Translations under genes and position numbers: made by a program
Notes under the pieces: generated by a model
What the model was told of the DNA's origin: nothing
Seen by the model: the letters and a program-made list of their open reading frames with translations, nothing else
Database searches by the model: none
Origin: Eledone cirrhosa
Taxonomy: Eukaryota
Direction: 5' to 3'
NCBI GenBank assembly: GCA_964016885.1
Contig: OZ024740.1
Location: 431,830,001 to 431,894,000 of the forward strand
DNA: 64,000 nucleotides
In this document: piece by piece, positions 25,423 through 37,000 of the stretch
How the letters are laid out: each line of letters begins with the position of its first letter
How positions within the stretch are numbered: the stretch's first letter is position 1

Positions 25423-25484
25423 CATCTGTGGAATGGTCAGTTCCTCTATTCCATCCATCTCTGGAATGGTCAGTTCCTCTATTC
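25423..25484. repeat. 33-bp-period tandem duplication
   Basis: catct(g/c)tggaatggtcagttcctctattc at 25423 and 25456. Confidence 0.85.
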
Positions 25485-25554
25485 TACACACCTGTGGTAA
25501 CCCAGGTATATTTGACACAGTTTTCTAATCTATCATTTTATCTTTTATTACTAG

Positions 25555-25691
25555 AAACAAATCCAAGCTCTTCAGAAAGAAAATCAAATGTTAGAATCTG
25601 GAGATTTAGGTACGACATATCTAAAACAGAAGACATTTACTGCTTCTGAGCAACTAGCAACAGTGGCGGCATCTGCTGAACAGTCTTTGAG
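25555..25691 (+). CDS. ENTR1: Penultimate coding exon of an ENTR1/SDCCAG3 homologue (endosome-associated trafficking regulator 1): KQIQALQKENQMLESGDLGTTYLKQKTFTASEQLATVAASAEQSLR
   Basis: Acceptor ttttatcttttattactAG and donor gag|GTGAGT. The 137-bp exon is phase 0 to phase 2 and encodes a coiled coil. It resembles recalled human ENTR1 QVSNFQRENEALRCG...VVKQNADVALQNLRVVMNSAQASI. Confidence 0.8.
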
Positions 25692-25825
25692 GTGAGTCTT
25701 ATTTATAACTTGGGAATAAACCAACATACCTCAGACATGTGCTTTTGAGGTAAGTCCTATATATTCATATATTTATGTCTCTTAACTTTTATTTAGGATG
25801 AAATAAACTAAACCAACATACTACA

Positions 25826-25899
25826 GACATGTGGTTAGAATGTCTCGGGAAAGAATTGCTGGACAGATTTTACAGGCAAAACCAAGCGACAAGAGACCC
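25826..25899 (+). mobile_element. Short RTE-LINE ORF fragment (HVVRMSRERIAGQILQAKPSDKRP)
   Basis: Inverted paralogue of 26374-26447. Confidence 0.7.
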
Positions 25900-26109
25900 T
25901 TCTACTTATTCCTGAGAATAGGTAGAACAACATAGTTTTAGATGAACACTTCTAGATTATAGGTTCAAACTCAACTCCATATTATTATATATTCTTCTTC
26001 TGTGCCTACTTATCCCTACATGTCTGTTAGGGTGTATTTTAAAGATTGAAGTATTCACATATTTGTATCAGTCTAGTGTAAAGTAAACATCATCTTTTAC
26101 TCACAAAGA

Positions 26110-26207
26110 TATAATAGAAGACACTTATCCAAGATATCAGACAGGGGGATCAAACCCATCACCTCATGAATACAAAGCAAGCATTTTAACCATTCAGATA
26201 TGTCTGC
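26110..26207 (-). mobile_element. Degenerate tRNA-derived SINE head
   Basis: Minus strand reads gcagacatatctgaatggttaaaatgcttgc...gggtttgatcccc...cttggataagtgtcttctattata. Confidence 0.45.
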
Positions 26208-26239
26208 TGTCTTATTTTATATATGTTTATTTAAGCATC

Positions 26240-26535
26240 TCTTCTTTGCCCACTTATTCTTGAGAGGGTCATAGGAGCAGAGTCCTCAAACACTCCTTCC
26301 AGCATGTCCTCTTAGAAGCTACCATCTCCAATTGATCTGGCGAGATCAGCCATCTTGCTCGGAGTCTACCCCTGGGTCTCCTGCCAGTTGGTTTTGCCCA
26401 TAAAATCTGTCCAGTGATTCTTTCCTGAGACATTCTAACCACATGTCCATAGTATCGGAGTTGTGATCTCTCAATTTGGATAAGTACAACCAGGAGCAAC
26501 TCTCTGAACTCCGAGCTAAGCACTCTATTAAGTCA
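26240..26535 (-). mobile_element. RTE-clade LINE 3' fragment
   Basis: ORF 26269..26523 contains IERSQLRYYGHVVRM...TGRRPRGRLRARW, the RTE C-terminal LRWxGHVxRM...GxRxRGRPxxRW signature. Confidence 0.8.
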
Positions 26536-27005
26536 TGTTACTCTAAAGACTCTTTGAAGGAACCCATTTCATCCACTTTCTCTTCTGAAAATTACACCAT
26601 TGTAATTCAAAAGATATTGTCTCTCCACTCCTCAACTGTATCATTAGGTCAACTCCAACCTTTATTCAACTGACCTATAATTAAAGGCACTCTAGCCATG
26701 ACCATACCATCATTTTATTGGTATATAAAGCTGCATAATGTAATGTCCTTTTCCTTTTCAAGACAGTAGGATGTAATTTGAGGGAAATTTAGTTAATAAC
26801 TCTACTCAATAATAGATATGGAATAGTTCTGTATTTTAACTATAGAATTATTTACAAGACTTTATCAAGATATTTAATATCGAAACTAAGATAGTTTAGA
26901 TATTAAAACATAGAACCAAATCTTCAACCATTCTTTCTAACCTAATTATTTTTGGATTTTATTATTTACTAGCAACTCTTTTTTTTCATTTTTTCACAAA
27001 CTGCA

Positions 27006-27230
27006 ATCATCATCATCATCATCATTTTACGTCCGCTTTTCCCTGCTTGCAAGGATGGAACGCGTCTTATTAAGCACGGCATATCTCCATTCGTCACATC
27101 CTCCGTGAACTTCAGCAATCTGAGGTCTGCTCTCACCACCTCCGCCCATGTTTTTCCTGGTCTTCCTCGACTGCGACTTCCTTCCACTGACACTTCTCTA
27201 CCCACCGGTCATCCTCCATGCGCATCACAT
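27006..27230 (-). mobile_element. RTE-clade LINE 3' end with a short UTR and (GAT)n tail
   Basis: Reads VMRMEDDR / VEGSRSRGRPGKTWAEVVRADL / WRYAVLNKTR across frameshifts, then gcggacgtaaaatgatgatgatgat. Confidence 0.85.
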
Positions 27231-27364
27231 TGTCAATACCAATCTATTACTTTTCTCATTAATATTGACTATTTAAAAATATAGATTCTTAAACATTGTT
27301 GGAGAGGGGTATTTAATTAGACATATTCAATGTTTGTAATATATATTTGTTTTTATTATACCAG

Positions 27365-27470
27365 ACAATTGCTGAGTGGTGTTGATTCTTTGAGATTGCT
27401 GTCGGCAGTTTTAGCATCAGCAGATAAAGTTGAAGAAGGTAGTTGTGATAACCAGAAAGGAAATAGCTGA
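27365..27470 (+). CDS. ENTR1: Last coding exon of the ENTR1/SDCCAG3 homologue: (R)QLLSGVDSLRLLSAVLASADKVEEGSCDNQKGNS*
   Basis: Acceptor tttgtttttattataccAG. Phase 2 joins the 25555-25691 exon in frame, with TGA at 27468-27470. It resembles the recalled ENTR1 C-terminus QLVSGAETLNLVAEILKSIDRISEV. Confidence 0.8.
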
Positions 27471-28020
27471 AAGACAGATGAAGATAGGAAAGAAGAATAT
27501 TTGCTAAGTTGCTCTCGTGACAAACTTGTTTCCCAGGCTGATGTCTTAAAACAAAATTGTGGAAAACCATTTTCAAATCATTTGAATTTAGTTTGAAAGA
27601 AAGACAAGAAAAAACAAATAAGAAGAAGCAATTGTTTGAAAAAAAAGAAAAAGTTGCAATAAGTGAAAGGCTGTGAGGGTTGTGTCTCAGACTGATGCTT
27701 AAAGGATTTTGTCCAAATGGTTTTGTAATTCCATCCTGTCAAACTGATTCATTTCATTTTTTCAAACCCCTTTCCCACTTTTATTTTTGTTAAATTATTT
27801 TCAACTGTATGAATTATACAACATATGTATATTTTCTTTTTTATTACATATTACATAATTATTGTATATTAATTTTTGGGTTTTTTTGTTTTGCTTAAAG
27901 TACCTTTTTTCTAAAGGGCTTACTATCTCTTAGCAGCAGAACTCCAAAGTATTCCATCAAAAGAATTGAACAAAGAACTATTATAGATTATTGAATTAAT
28001 GAAATTAGATTCCTGCATTT

Positions 28021-28026
28021 AATAAA
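28021..28026 (+). promoter_or_regulatory. Possible polyadenylation signal of ENTR1
   Basis: AATAAA about 550 nt after the stop codon, following a T-rich UTR-like stretch. The motif is common in AT-rich DNA. Confidence 0.3.
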
Positions 28027-28888
28027 ATTAACTGATATGGCATATTAACGGAAAGTGAGCCATGTCTTTCTCCTTTTGCTGTTGCTCCTATGAACAGTTG
28101 TCTATATATGCTTGTTGCAGCCCTTAAATAGCTCTATTTTAAGCAAGAGAGCCTCTAAATTTTCTTAAGTTATGCTCTACTATTATCTTAAGGGAAGAAC
28201 ATATTAGCCAATATAGTCCTGGATACACAAAAGATGTGGTGGTGGTTGTCCAGGCTGGAATAACTTTCATTATAGGTTTTAGAACTGGTCTAAAGCTTGA
28301 CTTGAGTTACTCAGAAAACAAATGCTAGATCAGATATTGAAAAAGTAAGATTTTTATTTCTGTAGTTATTCATTTTTGTTTATATAAAATGTCCTTTTAT
28401 AATTTTGGGGATAATATTAGACCATACTTGGACTTCATTCAAGCTGGATCTTTGGTCTTTACCAAAACACTTGAACACTTCATTAAATGTAAAGTGAGAA
28501 ACCTGAAATGGAGAATTTTGTATTATAGCTTTTCCTATTAAAAAAAAAAAAACATAATTCTGCTCATTTTCGTTTCACTAATAATGTTTAACCCTTTCAT
28601 GACAATTTCCAGAAACTCTGTTTAAACTTTAATTAACTAAAGGTTTTTACATTATGATGTATGGTGCCATAATAACATGGCACTTGTTGGTGGAGCCCAT
28701 CTCTCCAGGAAAATGATGTAAATTTGACCATATTAAAACCAAGAGGTGGTCGTGGATGGATTGGTATGAGAAGGATGAAGCCAATATGATGTCAGGGATG
28801 TAATGTCTCATAGTAAAATAAGAGATAACCAGTCAAAACATGACAAGAGATCTCAACAATATCCTATTTTTGCTTCATAATTTAAGAA

Positions 28889-28954
28889 CTATTCTATTTC
28901 TTGATGTTCTACTGGTACAGTCACTCTTGTTACTGTACCAGCTGTACATGTCTG
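28889..28954 (-). CDS. Weak candidate terminal exon: QTCTAGTVTRVTVPVEHQEIE*
   Basis: Acceptor ttttccAG|cag. Phase 0 is compatible with the 29671-29738 candidate exon. No homology was recognised. Confidence 0.2.
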   Translation of the reverse strand, partial: QTCTAGTVTRVTVPVEHQEIE

Positions 28955-29045
28955 CTGGAAAATATCTTCAAAATTTAAAGGAAAGTATTAAAACATTCTA
29001 TCTTCCTTAATGATTGGATATCATTTGCTATAGAAGCAAACATAC

Positions 29046-29106
29046 TGAATGCTTTCCTAATGCCAACCACTTTACAGCGTGGGTTGAGTGTATTTTATCG
29101 TGCCAC
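29046..29106 (-). mobile_element. Degenerate fragment of the RTE-3'UTR/SINE body
   Basis: atgctttcctaatgccaaccactttacagcgtgggttgagtg...cgtgccac is the reverse complement of the motif seen at 700-760. Confidence 0.5.
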
Positions 29107-29234
29107 ATACACTTTTAAATGCACCCAAAAGCTAATTATTCATGGAACATGGATGCCTTCCTCAATACCACTTCTTGAAATTATCTTCATTCTTATAAGG
29201 TGTATTAATAATTCAAAACAAAAATAAAGCATTG

Positions 29235-29482
29235 CATATTCTCACATCTATCAACAAGCCATAACCACCATATTCCCACATCTATCAACAAGCCATAACC
29301 ACCATATTCCCACATCTATCAACAAGACATTATAACCACCATATTCCCACATCTATCAACAAGACATTATAACCACCATATTCCCACATCTATCAACAAG
29401 CCATAACCACCATATTCCCACATCTATCAACAAACCATAACCACCATATTCCCACATCTATCAACAAGACATTATAACCACC
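29235..29482. repeat. Minisatellite with a 34/37-bp unit cacatctatcaacaag(cc/acatt)ataaccaccatattcc, about 7 copies
   Basis: Directly visible tandem repeat. Confidence 0.95.
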
Positions 29483-29670
29483 TTTTATATAAACTGACCA
29501 ATAGGAATTTTTGAGCAGATTATAGGTGACATCCTTGTGACTATCTGCTGGATCAAGAGAGAGCTGCACCAACATTGGGCTGTTACTTTATTGACCTTAA
29601 GGATGAAAGGCAGGTTTTCAATACAGCCCATACTTTAACATTACAATACATTGTTTAGATTATTTCTTAC

Positions 29671-29738
29671 CTGCATTGCTAAAGTCAATGTGTTATCGGA
29701 AGCTTCCTCCCAGGAATGCACATGGAATATCACATGAC
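29671..29738 (-). CDS. Weak candidate internal exon: (G)HVIFHVHSWEEASDNTLTLAMQ
   Basis: Acceptor ttctattttattttcaAG and a strong donor CAG|GTAAGA. One of the three frames is open. Confidence 0.3.
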
Positions 29739-30083
29739 CTTGAAAATAAAATAGAAGGATCTGTCTGTTAATCAAGGAAAAATTGAAAAGTTTCTTTGAA
29801 ATAGACTTTAGTGGCATCACAATTTATCTAACATTTAGGATTCTTTTGTGCAAACATCCTTGACAAATAAAATATCTCTCTCTCATGAATTTAAATCAGG
29901 ACTTTTCTGCCAGATATGGAGAATGCATTGATTCTGTTGAAGTGGTAGTAGGAGAAGAGAGGAAGAAAACAGTGCAACTATGTAGTATGCTGGGGTTGAA
30001 GGGTGAGATATCTCTTCTTCATTAGATAACACTAGCAGAAAACCACCCTCCAGGTGTAGTGTGTATATTGATATTATACGCAA

Positions 30084-30242
30084 ATGTGGTTGGTGTTAGG
30101 AAGGGCATCCAATTGTAGAAAACCTGCCAGACAGTCCTATGCGAGCAAGACAATCACTCTTGCCTCAAGTGGGACTACCCCCGTCCAAACCCATGCAAGC
30201 GTGGAACACGGACGTTAAACGTTGATGATGATGATGATGATG
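30084..30242 (+). mobile_element. RTE-type 3' UTR / SINE tail fragment with a (GAT)n tail
   Basis: ggttggtgttaggaagggcatcca...aacccatgcaagcgtggaacacggacgttaaacgttgatgatgat, homologous to 740-895 and 2375-2532. Confidence 0.8.
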
Positions 30243-30489
30243 AAATATATATGCATGTAGATATGATACATCAAATAAAATTGAAATTGACAATATGCAC
30301 ACAAATTGAAGAGAGACTGTGTTACACTCTCTTCTGTAATCAGTAAAGTAATCCATGATACATTAAAAAAGACGATATTATATATAAACTGCATTATGGC
30401 AAAATGTTGTATAACGGTGCAAATATATGATCGTTTATATAAGCGATGTAATATAGTGTATGGTGAAGTGTTATGATATAACGGACACT

Positions 30490-30500
30490 AACCGGAAGTG
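30490..30500 (+). promoter_or_regulatory. ETS/GABP-type motif ACCGGAAGTG in a locally CpG-containing stretch; possible housekeeping promoter
   Basis: Consensus CCGGAAGTG at 30492-30500. Several CpGs occur in 30370-30500 in otherwise CpG-poor DNA. Confidence 0.35.
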
Positions 30501-30711
30501 TTGACATTTGAAAATATTAAAAGTGAATCTTGAAATAAGCAATCATTATATATAAGAATATTTATATTTAATCAAGAGCTACGAAATTTAGATGAATTAA
30601 ATAATATTCATTCATGATTTATTCAAAGTAATCTAACTTATTTTAATAACGTGATAAAAAATAAAGAGGACACAGTCCCAAGGTTCTCCAATCATTATAT
30701 ATAATATAAGA

Positions 30712-30764
30712 ACCAGTAATACACTGGGTAATTGCCGGCCTTGTGCCAAAAGTAGAAACAATTA
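30712..30764 (+). mobile_element. 3' fragment of the same SINE family as 3797-3983
   Basis: accagtaatacactgggtaattgccggccttgtgccaaaagtagaaacaatt, with 3 differences seen from the reverse complement of 3797-3848. Confidence 0.8.
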
Positions 30765-31035
30765 TATATAATATGTTAGTTTATTGTGTGTTGGCTGTGT
30801 ATACAAAACAAATATGACAGTCACAGTTTCTTATGATGGAGTGTTAGTCTAGCAGTTTAAGCCCTCTAGCTAATATCCCATTATCAAAGCTATATATCCA
30901 CTTAGTAGTAAAATATACATCATGTCTGAACGCAGCCGTAGCGCTGTAAATAATAAGACTATGATTAGCTTGGACTAGTGATTTCAAATGTTATAACTGG
31001 AAGAATAAATGAATGTGGTCAAGATGACTAGTTTT

Positions 31036-34000
31036 AGATATACTAGTTAAAGATGAACGCCTGATAGTACCACAGATATACGAGTTAAAGATGGACACCT
31101 GATAGTACCACAGATATACTAGTTAAAGATGAACACCTGATAGTACCACAGATATACTAGTTAAAGATAAACACCTGATAGTACCACAGATATACTAGTT
31201 AAAGATAAACACGTGATAGTACCACAGATATACTAGTTAAAGATGAACACCTGATAGTACCACAGATATACTAGTTAAAGATAAACACGTGATAGTACCA
31301 CAGATATACTAGTTAAAGATGAATACCTGATATACTAGTTAAAAATAAACACCTGATAGTACCACAGATATAGTAGTTAAAGATGAACACATGATAGTAC
31401 CACAGATATACTAGTTAAAGATGAACACCTAATAGTACCACAGATATACTAGTTAAAGATGAACACCTGATAGTACCACAGATATACTAGTTAAAAATGA
31501 ACACCTGATATTACCACAGATATACTAGTTAAAGATGAACCCCAGATATACTAGTTAAAGATGGACACCTGATAGTACCACAGATATACTAGTTAAAGAT
31601 AAACACCTGATAGTACCACAGATATACTAGTTAAAGATGAACACCTGATAGTACCACATATACTAGTTAAAAATGAACACCTGATATTACCACAGATATA
31701 CTAGTTAAAGATGAACCCCAGATATACTAGTTAAATATGAACACCTGATAGTACCACATATACTAGTTAAAGATAAACACCTGATAGTACCACATATACT
31801 AGTTAAAGATAAACACCTGATAGTACCACATATACTAGTTAAAGATGAACACCTGATAGTACGACAGATATACTAGTTAAAGATGAATCCCAGATATACT
31901 AGTTAAAGATGGACACCTGATAGTAGCACAGATATACTAGTTAAAGATGAACACCTGATAGTACGACAGATATACTAGTTAAAGATAAACACCTGATAGT
32001 CCCAGATATACTAGTTAAATATCAAAACCTGATAGTACCACAGATATACTAGTTAAAGATGAACACCTGATAGTACCACATATACTAGTTAAAGATAAAC
32101 ACCTGATAGTACCACAGATATACTAGTTAAAGATGAACACCTCATATACTAGTTAAAGATAAACACCTGATAGTACCACAGATATACTAGTTAATGATGA
32201 ACACCTGATAGTACCACAGATATACTAGTTAAAGATAAACACGTGATAGTACCACAGATATACTAGTTAAAGATGAATGCCTGATAGTACCACAGATTTA
32301 CTAGTTAAAGATGAACGCCTGATAGTACCATAGATATACTAGTTAAAGATGTACCACAGATATACTAGTTAAAGATGAACACCTGACAGTACCACAGATA
32401 TACTAGTTAAAGATGAACACCTCATATACTAGTTAAAGATGAACACCTGACAGTACCACAGATATACTGGTTAAAGATAAACACGTGATAGCACCAGAGA
32501 TATACTAGTTAAAGATAAACACCTGATAGTAGCACAGATATACTAGTTAAAGATAAAAACCTGATAGTACGACAGATATACTAGTTAAAGATAAACACCT
32601 GATAGTACGACAGATATACTAGTTAAAGATAAACACCTGATAGTACCACAGATATACTAGTTAAAGATAAACACCTGATAGTACGACATATACTAGTTAA
32701 AGATAAACACCTGATAGTACCACAGATATACTAGTTAAAGATGAAAACCTGATAGTACCACAGATATACTAGTTAAAGATAAACACCTGATAGTACGACG
32801 TATACTAGTTAAAGATAAACACCTGATAGTACCACAGATATACTAGTTAAAGATAAACACGTGATAGTACCACAGATATACTAGTTAAAGATGAATACCT
32901 GATATACTAGTTAAAAATAAACACCTGATAGTACCACAGATATAGTAGTTAAAGATGAACACCTGATAGTACCACAGATATACTAGTTAAAGATGAACAC
33001 CTAATAGTACCACAGATATACTAGTTAAAGATGAACACCTGATAGTACCACAGATATACTAGTTAAAAATGAACACCTGATATTACCACAGATATACTAG
33101 TTAAAGATGAACCCCAGATATACTAGTTAAAGATGGACACCTGATAGTACCACAGATATACTAGTTAAAGATAAACACCTGATAGTACCACAGATATACT
33201 AGTTAAAGATGAACACCTGATAGTACCACATATACTAGTTAAAAATGAACACCTGATATTACCACAGATATACTAGTTAAAGATGAACCCCAGATATACT
33301 AGTTAAATATGAACACCTGATAGTACCACATATACTAGTTAAAGATAAACACCTGATAGTACCACATATACTAGTTAAAGATAAACACCTGATAGTACCA
33401 CATATACTAGTTAAAGATGAACACCTGATAGTACGACAGATATACTAGTTAAAGATGAATCCCAGATATACTAGTTAAAGATGGACACCTGATAGTAGCA
33501 CAGATATACTAGTTAAAGATGAACACCTGATAGTACGACAGATATACTAGTTAAAGATAAACACCTGATAGTCCCAGATATACTAGTTAAATATCAAAAC
33601 CTGATAGTACCACAGATATACTAGTTAAAGATGAACACCTGATAGTACCACATATACTAGTTAAAGATAAACACCTGATAGTACCACAGATATACTAGTT
33701 AAAGATGAACACCTCATATACTAGTTAAAGATAAACACCTGATAGTACCACAGATATACTAGTTAATGATGAACACCTGATAGTACCACAGATATACTAG
33801 TTAAAGATAAACACGTGATAGTACCACAGATATACTAGTTAAAGATGAATGCCTGATAGTACCACAGATTTACTAGTTAAAGATGAACACCTCATATCCT
33901 AGTTAAAGATGAACGCCTGATAGTACCATAGATATACTAGTTAAAGATGTACCACAGATATACTAGTTAATGATGAACACCTGACAGTACCACAGATATA

Positions 34001-37000
34001 CTAGTTAAAGATGAACACCTCATATACTAGTTAAAGATGAACACCTGACAGTACCACAGATATACTGGTTAAAGATAAACACGTGATAGCACCAGAGATA
34101 TACTAGTTAAAGATAAACACCTGATAGTAGCACAGATATACTAGTTAAAGATAAAAACCTGATAGTACTACAGATATACTAGTTAAAGATAAACACCTGA
34201 TAGTACGACAGATATACTAGTTAAAGATAAACACCTGATAGTACCACAGATATACTAGTTAAAGATAAACACCTGATAGTACGACATATACTAGTTAAAG
34301 ATAAACACCTGATAGTACCACAGATATACTAGTTAAAGATGAAAACCTGATAGTACCACAGATATACTAGTTAAAGATAAACACCTGATAGTACCACAGA
34401 TATACTAGTTAGAGATGAAAACCTGATAGTACCACATATACTAGTTAAAGATAAACACCTGATAGTCCCACAGATATACTAGTTAAAGATGAACACCTCA
34501 TATACTAGTTAAAGATAAACACCTGATAGTACCACAGATATACTAGTTAAAGATAAACACGTGATAGTACCACAGATATACTAGTTAGAGATGAAAACCT
34601 GATAGTACCACATATACTAGTTAAAGATAAACACCTGATAGTCCCACAGATATACTAGTTAAAGATGAACACCTCATATACTAGTTAAAGATAAACACCT
34701 GATAGTACCACAGATATACTAGTTAAAGATGAATGCCTGATAGTACCACAGATTTACTAGTTAAAGATGAACACCTCATATCCTAGTTAAAGATGAACAT
34801 CTGATAGTACCACAGATATACTAGTTAAAGATGAACACCTGATAGTAATCACAGATATACTAGTTAAAGATGAACACCTGATAGTATCACAGATATACTA
34901 GTTAAAGATGAACACCTGCTAGTATCACAGAGATACTAGTTAAAGATGAACACCTGATACTACCACAGAGATACTAGTTAAAGATGAACACCAGATAAAC
35001 AAGTTAAAGATAAACGCCTGATAGTACCACAGATATACTAGTTAAAGATGAACACCAGATAAACTAGTTAAAGATGAACACCTGATAATACCACAGATAT
35101 ACTAGTTAAAGATGAACACCTGATAGTACCACAGATATATTAGTTAAAGATGAACACCAGATAAACTAGTTAAAGATGAACACCTGATAATACCACAGAT
35201 ATACTAGTTAAAGATGAACACCTGATAGTACCACAGATATACTAGTTAAAGATGAAAACCTGATAGTACCACAGATATACTAGTTAAAGATGAACACCAG
35301 ATAAACTAGTTAAAGATGAACACCTGATAATACCACAGATATACTAGTTAAAGATGAACACCTGATAGTACCACAGATATACTAGTTAAAGATGAAAACC
35401 TGATAGTACGACAGATATACTAGTTAAAGATAAACACGTGATAGTACCACAGATATACTAGTTAGAAATGAAAACCTGATAGTACCACATATACTAGTTA
35501 AAGATAAACACCTGATAGTCCCACAGATATACTAGTTAAAGATGAACACCTCATATACTAGTTAAAGATAAACACCTGATAGTACCACAGATATACTAGT
35601 TAAAGATGAACACCTCATATCCTAGTTAAAGATGAACATCTGATAGTACCACAGATATACTAGTTAAAGATGAACACCTGATAGTAATCACAGATATACT
35701 AGTTAAAGATGAACACCTCATATACTAGTTAAAGATAAACACCTGATAGTCCCACAGATATACTAGTTAAAGATGAACACCTCATATACTAGTTAAAGAT
35801 AAACACCTGATAGTACCACAGATATACTAGTTAAAGATAAACACATGATAGTACCACAGATATACTAGTTAGAGATGAAAACCTGATAGTACCACATATA
35901 CTAGTTAAAGATAAACACCTGATAGTCCCACAGATATACTAGTTAAAGATGAACACCTCATATACTAGTTAAAGATAAACACCTGATAGTACCACAGATA
36001 TACTAGTTAAAGATGAATGCCTCATATCCTAGTTAAAGATGAACACCTGATAGTACCACAGATATACTAGTTAGAGATGAAAACCTGATAGTACCACATA
36101 TACTAGTTAAAGATAAACACCTGATAGTCCCACAGATATACTAGTTAAAGATGAACACCTCATATACTAGTTAAAGATGAACACCTGATAGTACCACAGA
36201 TATACTAGTTAAAGATGAACGCCTGATAGTACCACAGATATACTAGTTAAAGATAAACACCTGATAGTACCACAGATATACTAGTTAAAGATAAACACGT
36301 GATAGTACCAGAGATATACTAGTTAAAGATGGACACCTGATAGTAGCACATATATACTAGTTAAAGATGAACACCTCATATACTAGTTAAATATGAAAAC
36401 CAGATAGTACCACAAATATACTAGTTAAAAATGAACACCGGATATTACCACAGATATACTAGTTAAAGATGTACCACAGATATACTAGTTAAAGATGAAC
36501 ACCTGACAGTACCACAGATATACTAGTTAAAGATGAACACCTGATAGGACCAGAGATATACTGGTTAAAGATGAACACCTGATGGTACGACAGATATACT
36601 AGTTAAAGATGAACACCTGATAGTACCACAGATATACTAGTTAAAGATGAACACCTGATAGTACCACAGATATACTAGTTAAAGATGAACGCCTGATAGT
36701 ATCACAGATATACTAGTTAAAGATGAACACCTGATAGTACGACAGATATACTAGTTAAAGATAAACACCTGATAGTACCACAGATATACTAGTTAAAGAT
36801 GAACACCTCATATACTAGTTAAAGATAAACACCTGATAGTCCCAGATATACTAGTTAAATATCAAAATCTGATAGTACCACAGATATACTAGTTAAAGAT
36901 AAACACCTGATAGTACCACATATACTAGTTAAAGATAAACACCTGATAGTACCACAGATATACTAGTTAAAGATGAACACCTCATATACTAGTTAATGAT

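Noticed and set aside
25386-25649. 87-aa ORF on the + strand
   Set aside because: Wrong frame. The true coding frame here is the spliced ENTR1 exon 25555-25691.
26660-26795. Possible interspersed repeat with a diverged inverted relative near 28200-28310
   Set aside because: Similarity is too degenerate to set boundaries or class without an alignment.
27313-27576. 87-aa minus-strand ORF
   Set aside because: Antisense to the last ENTR1 exon, with no independent support.
29393-29575. 60-aa ORF and other short ORFs in 25-30 kb
   Set aside because: They overlap minisatellite or decayed repeats and have no recognisable domains.
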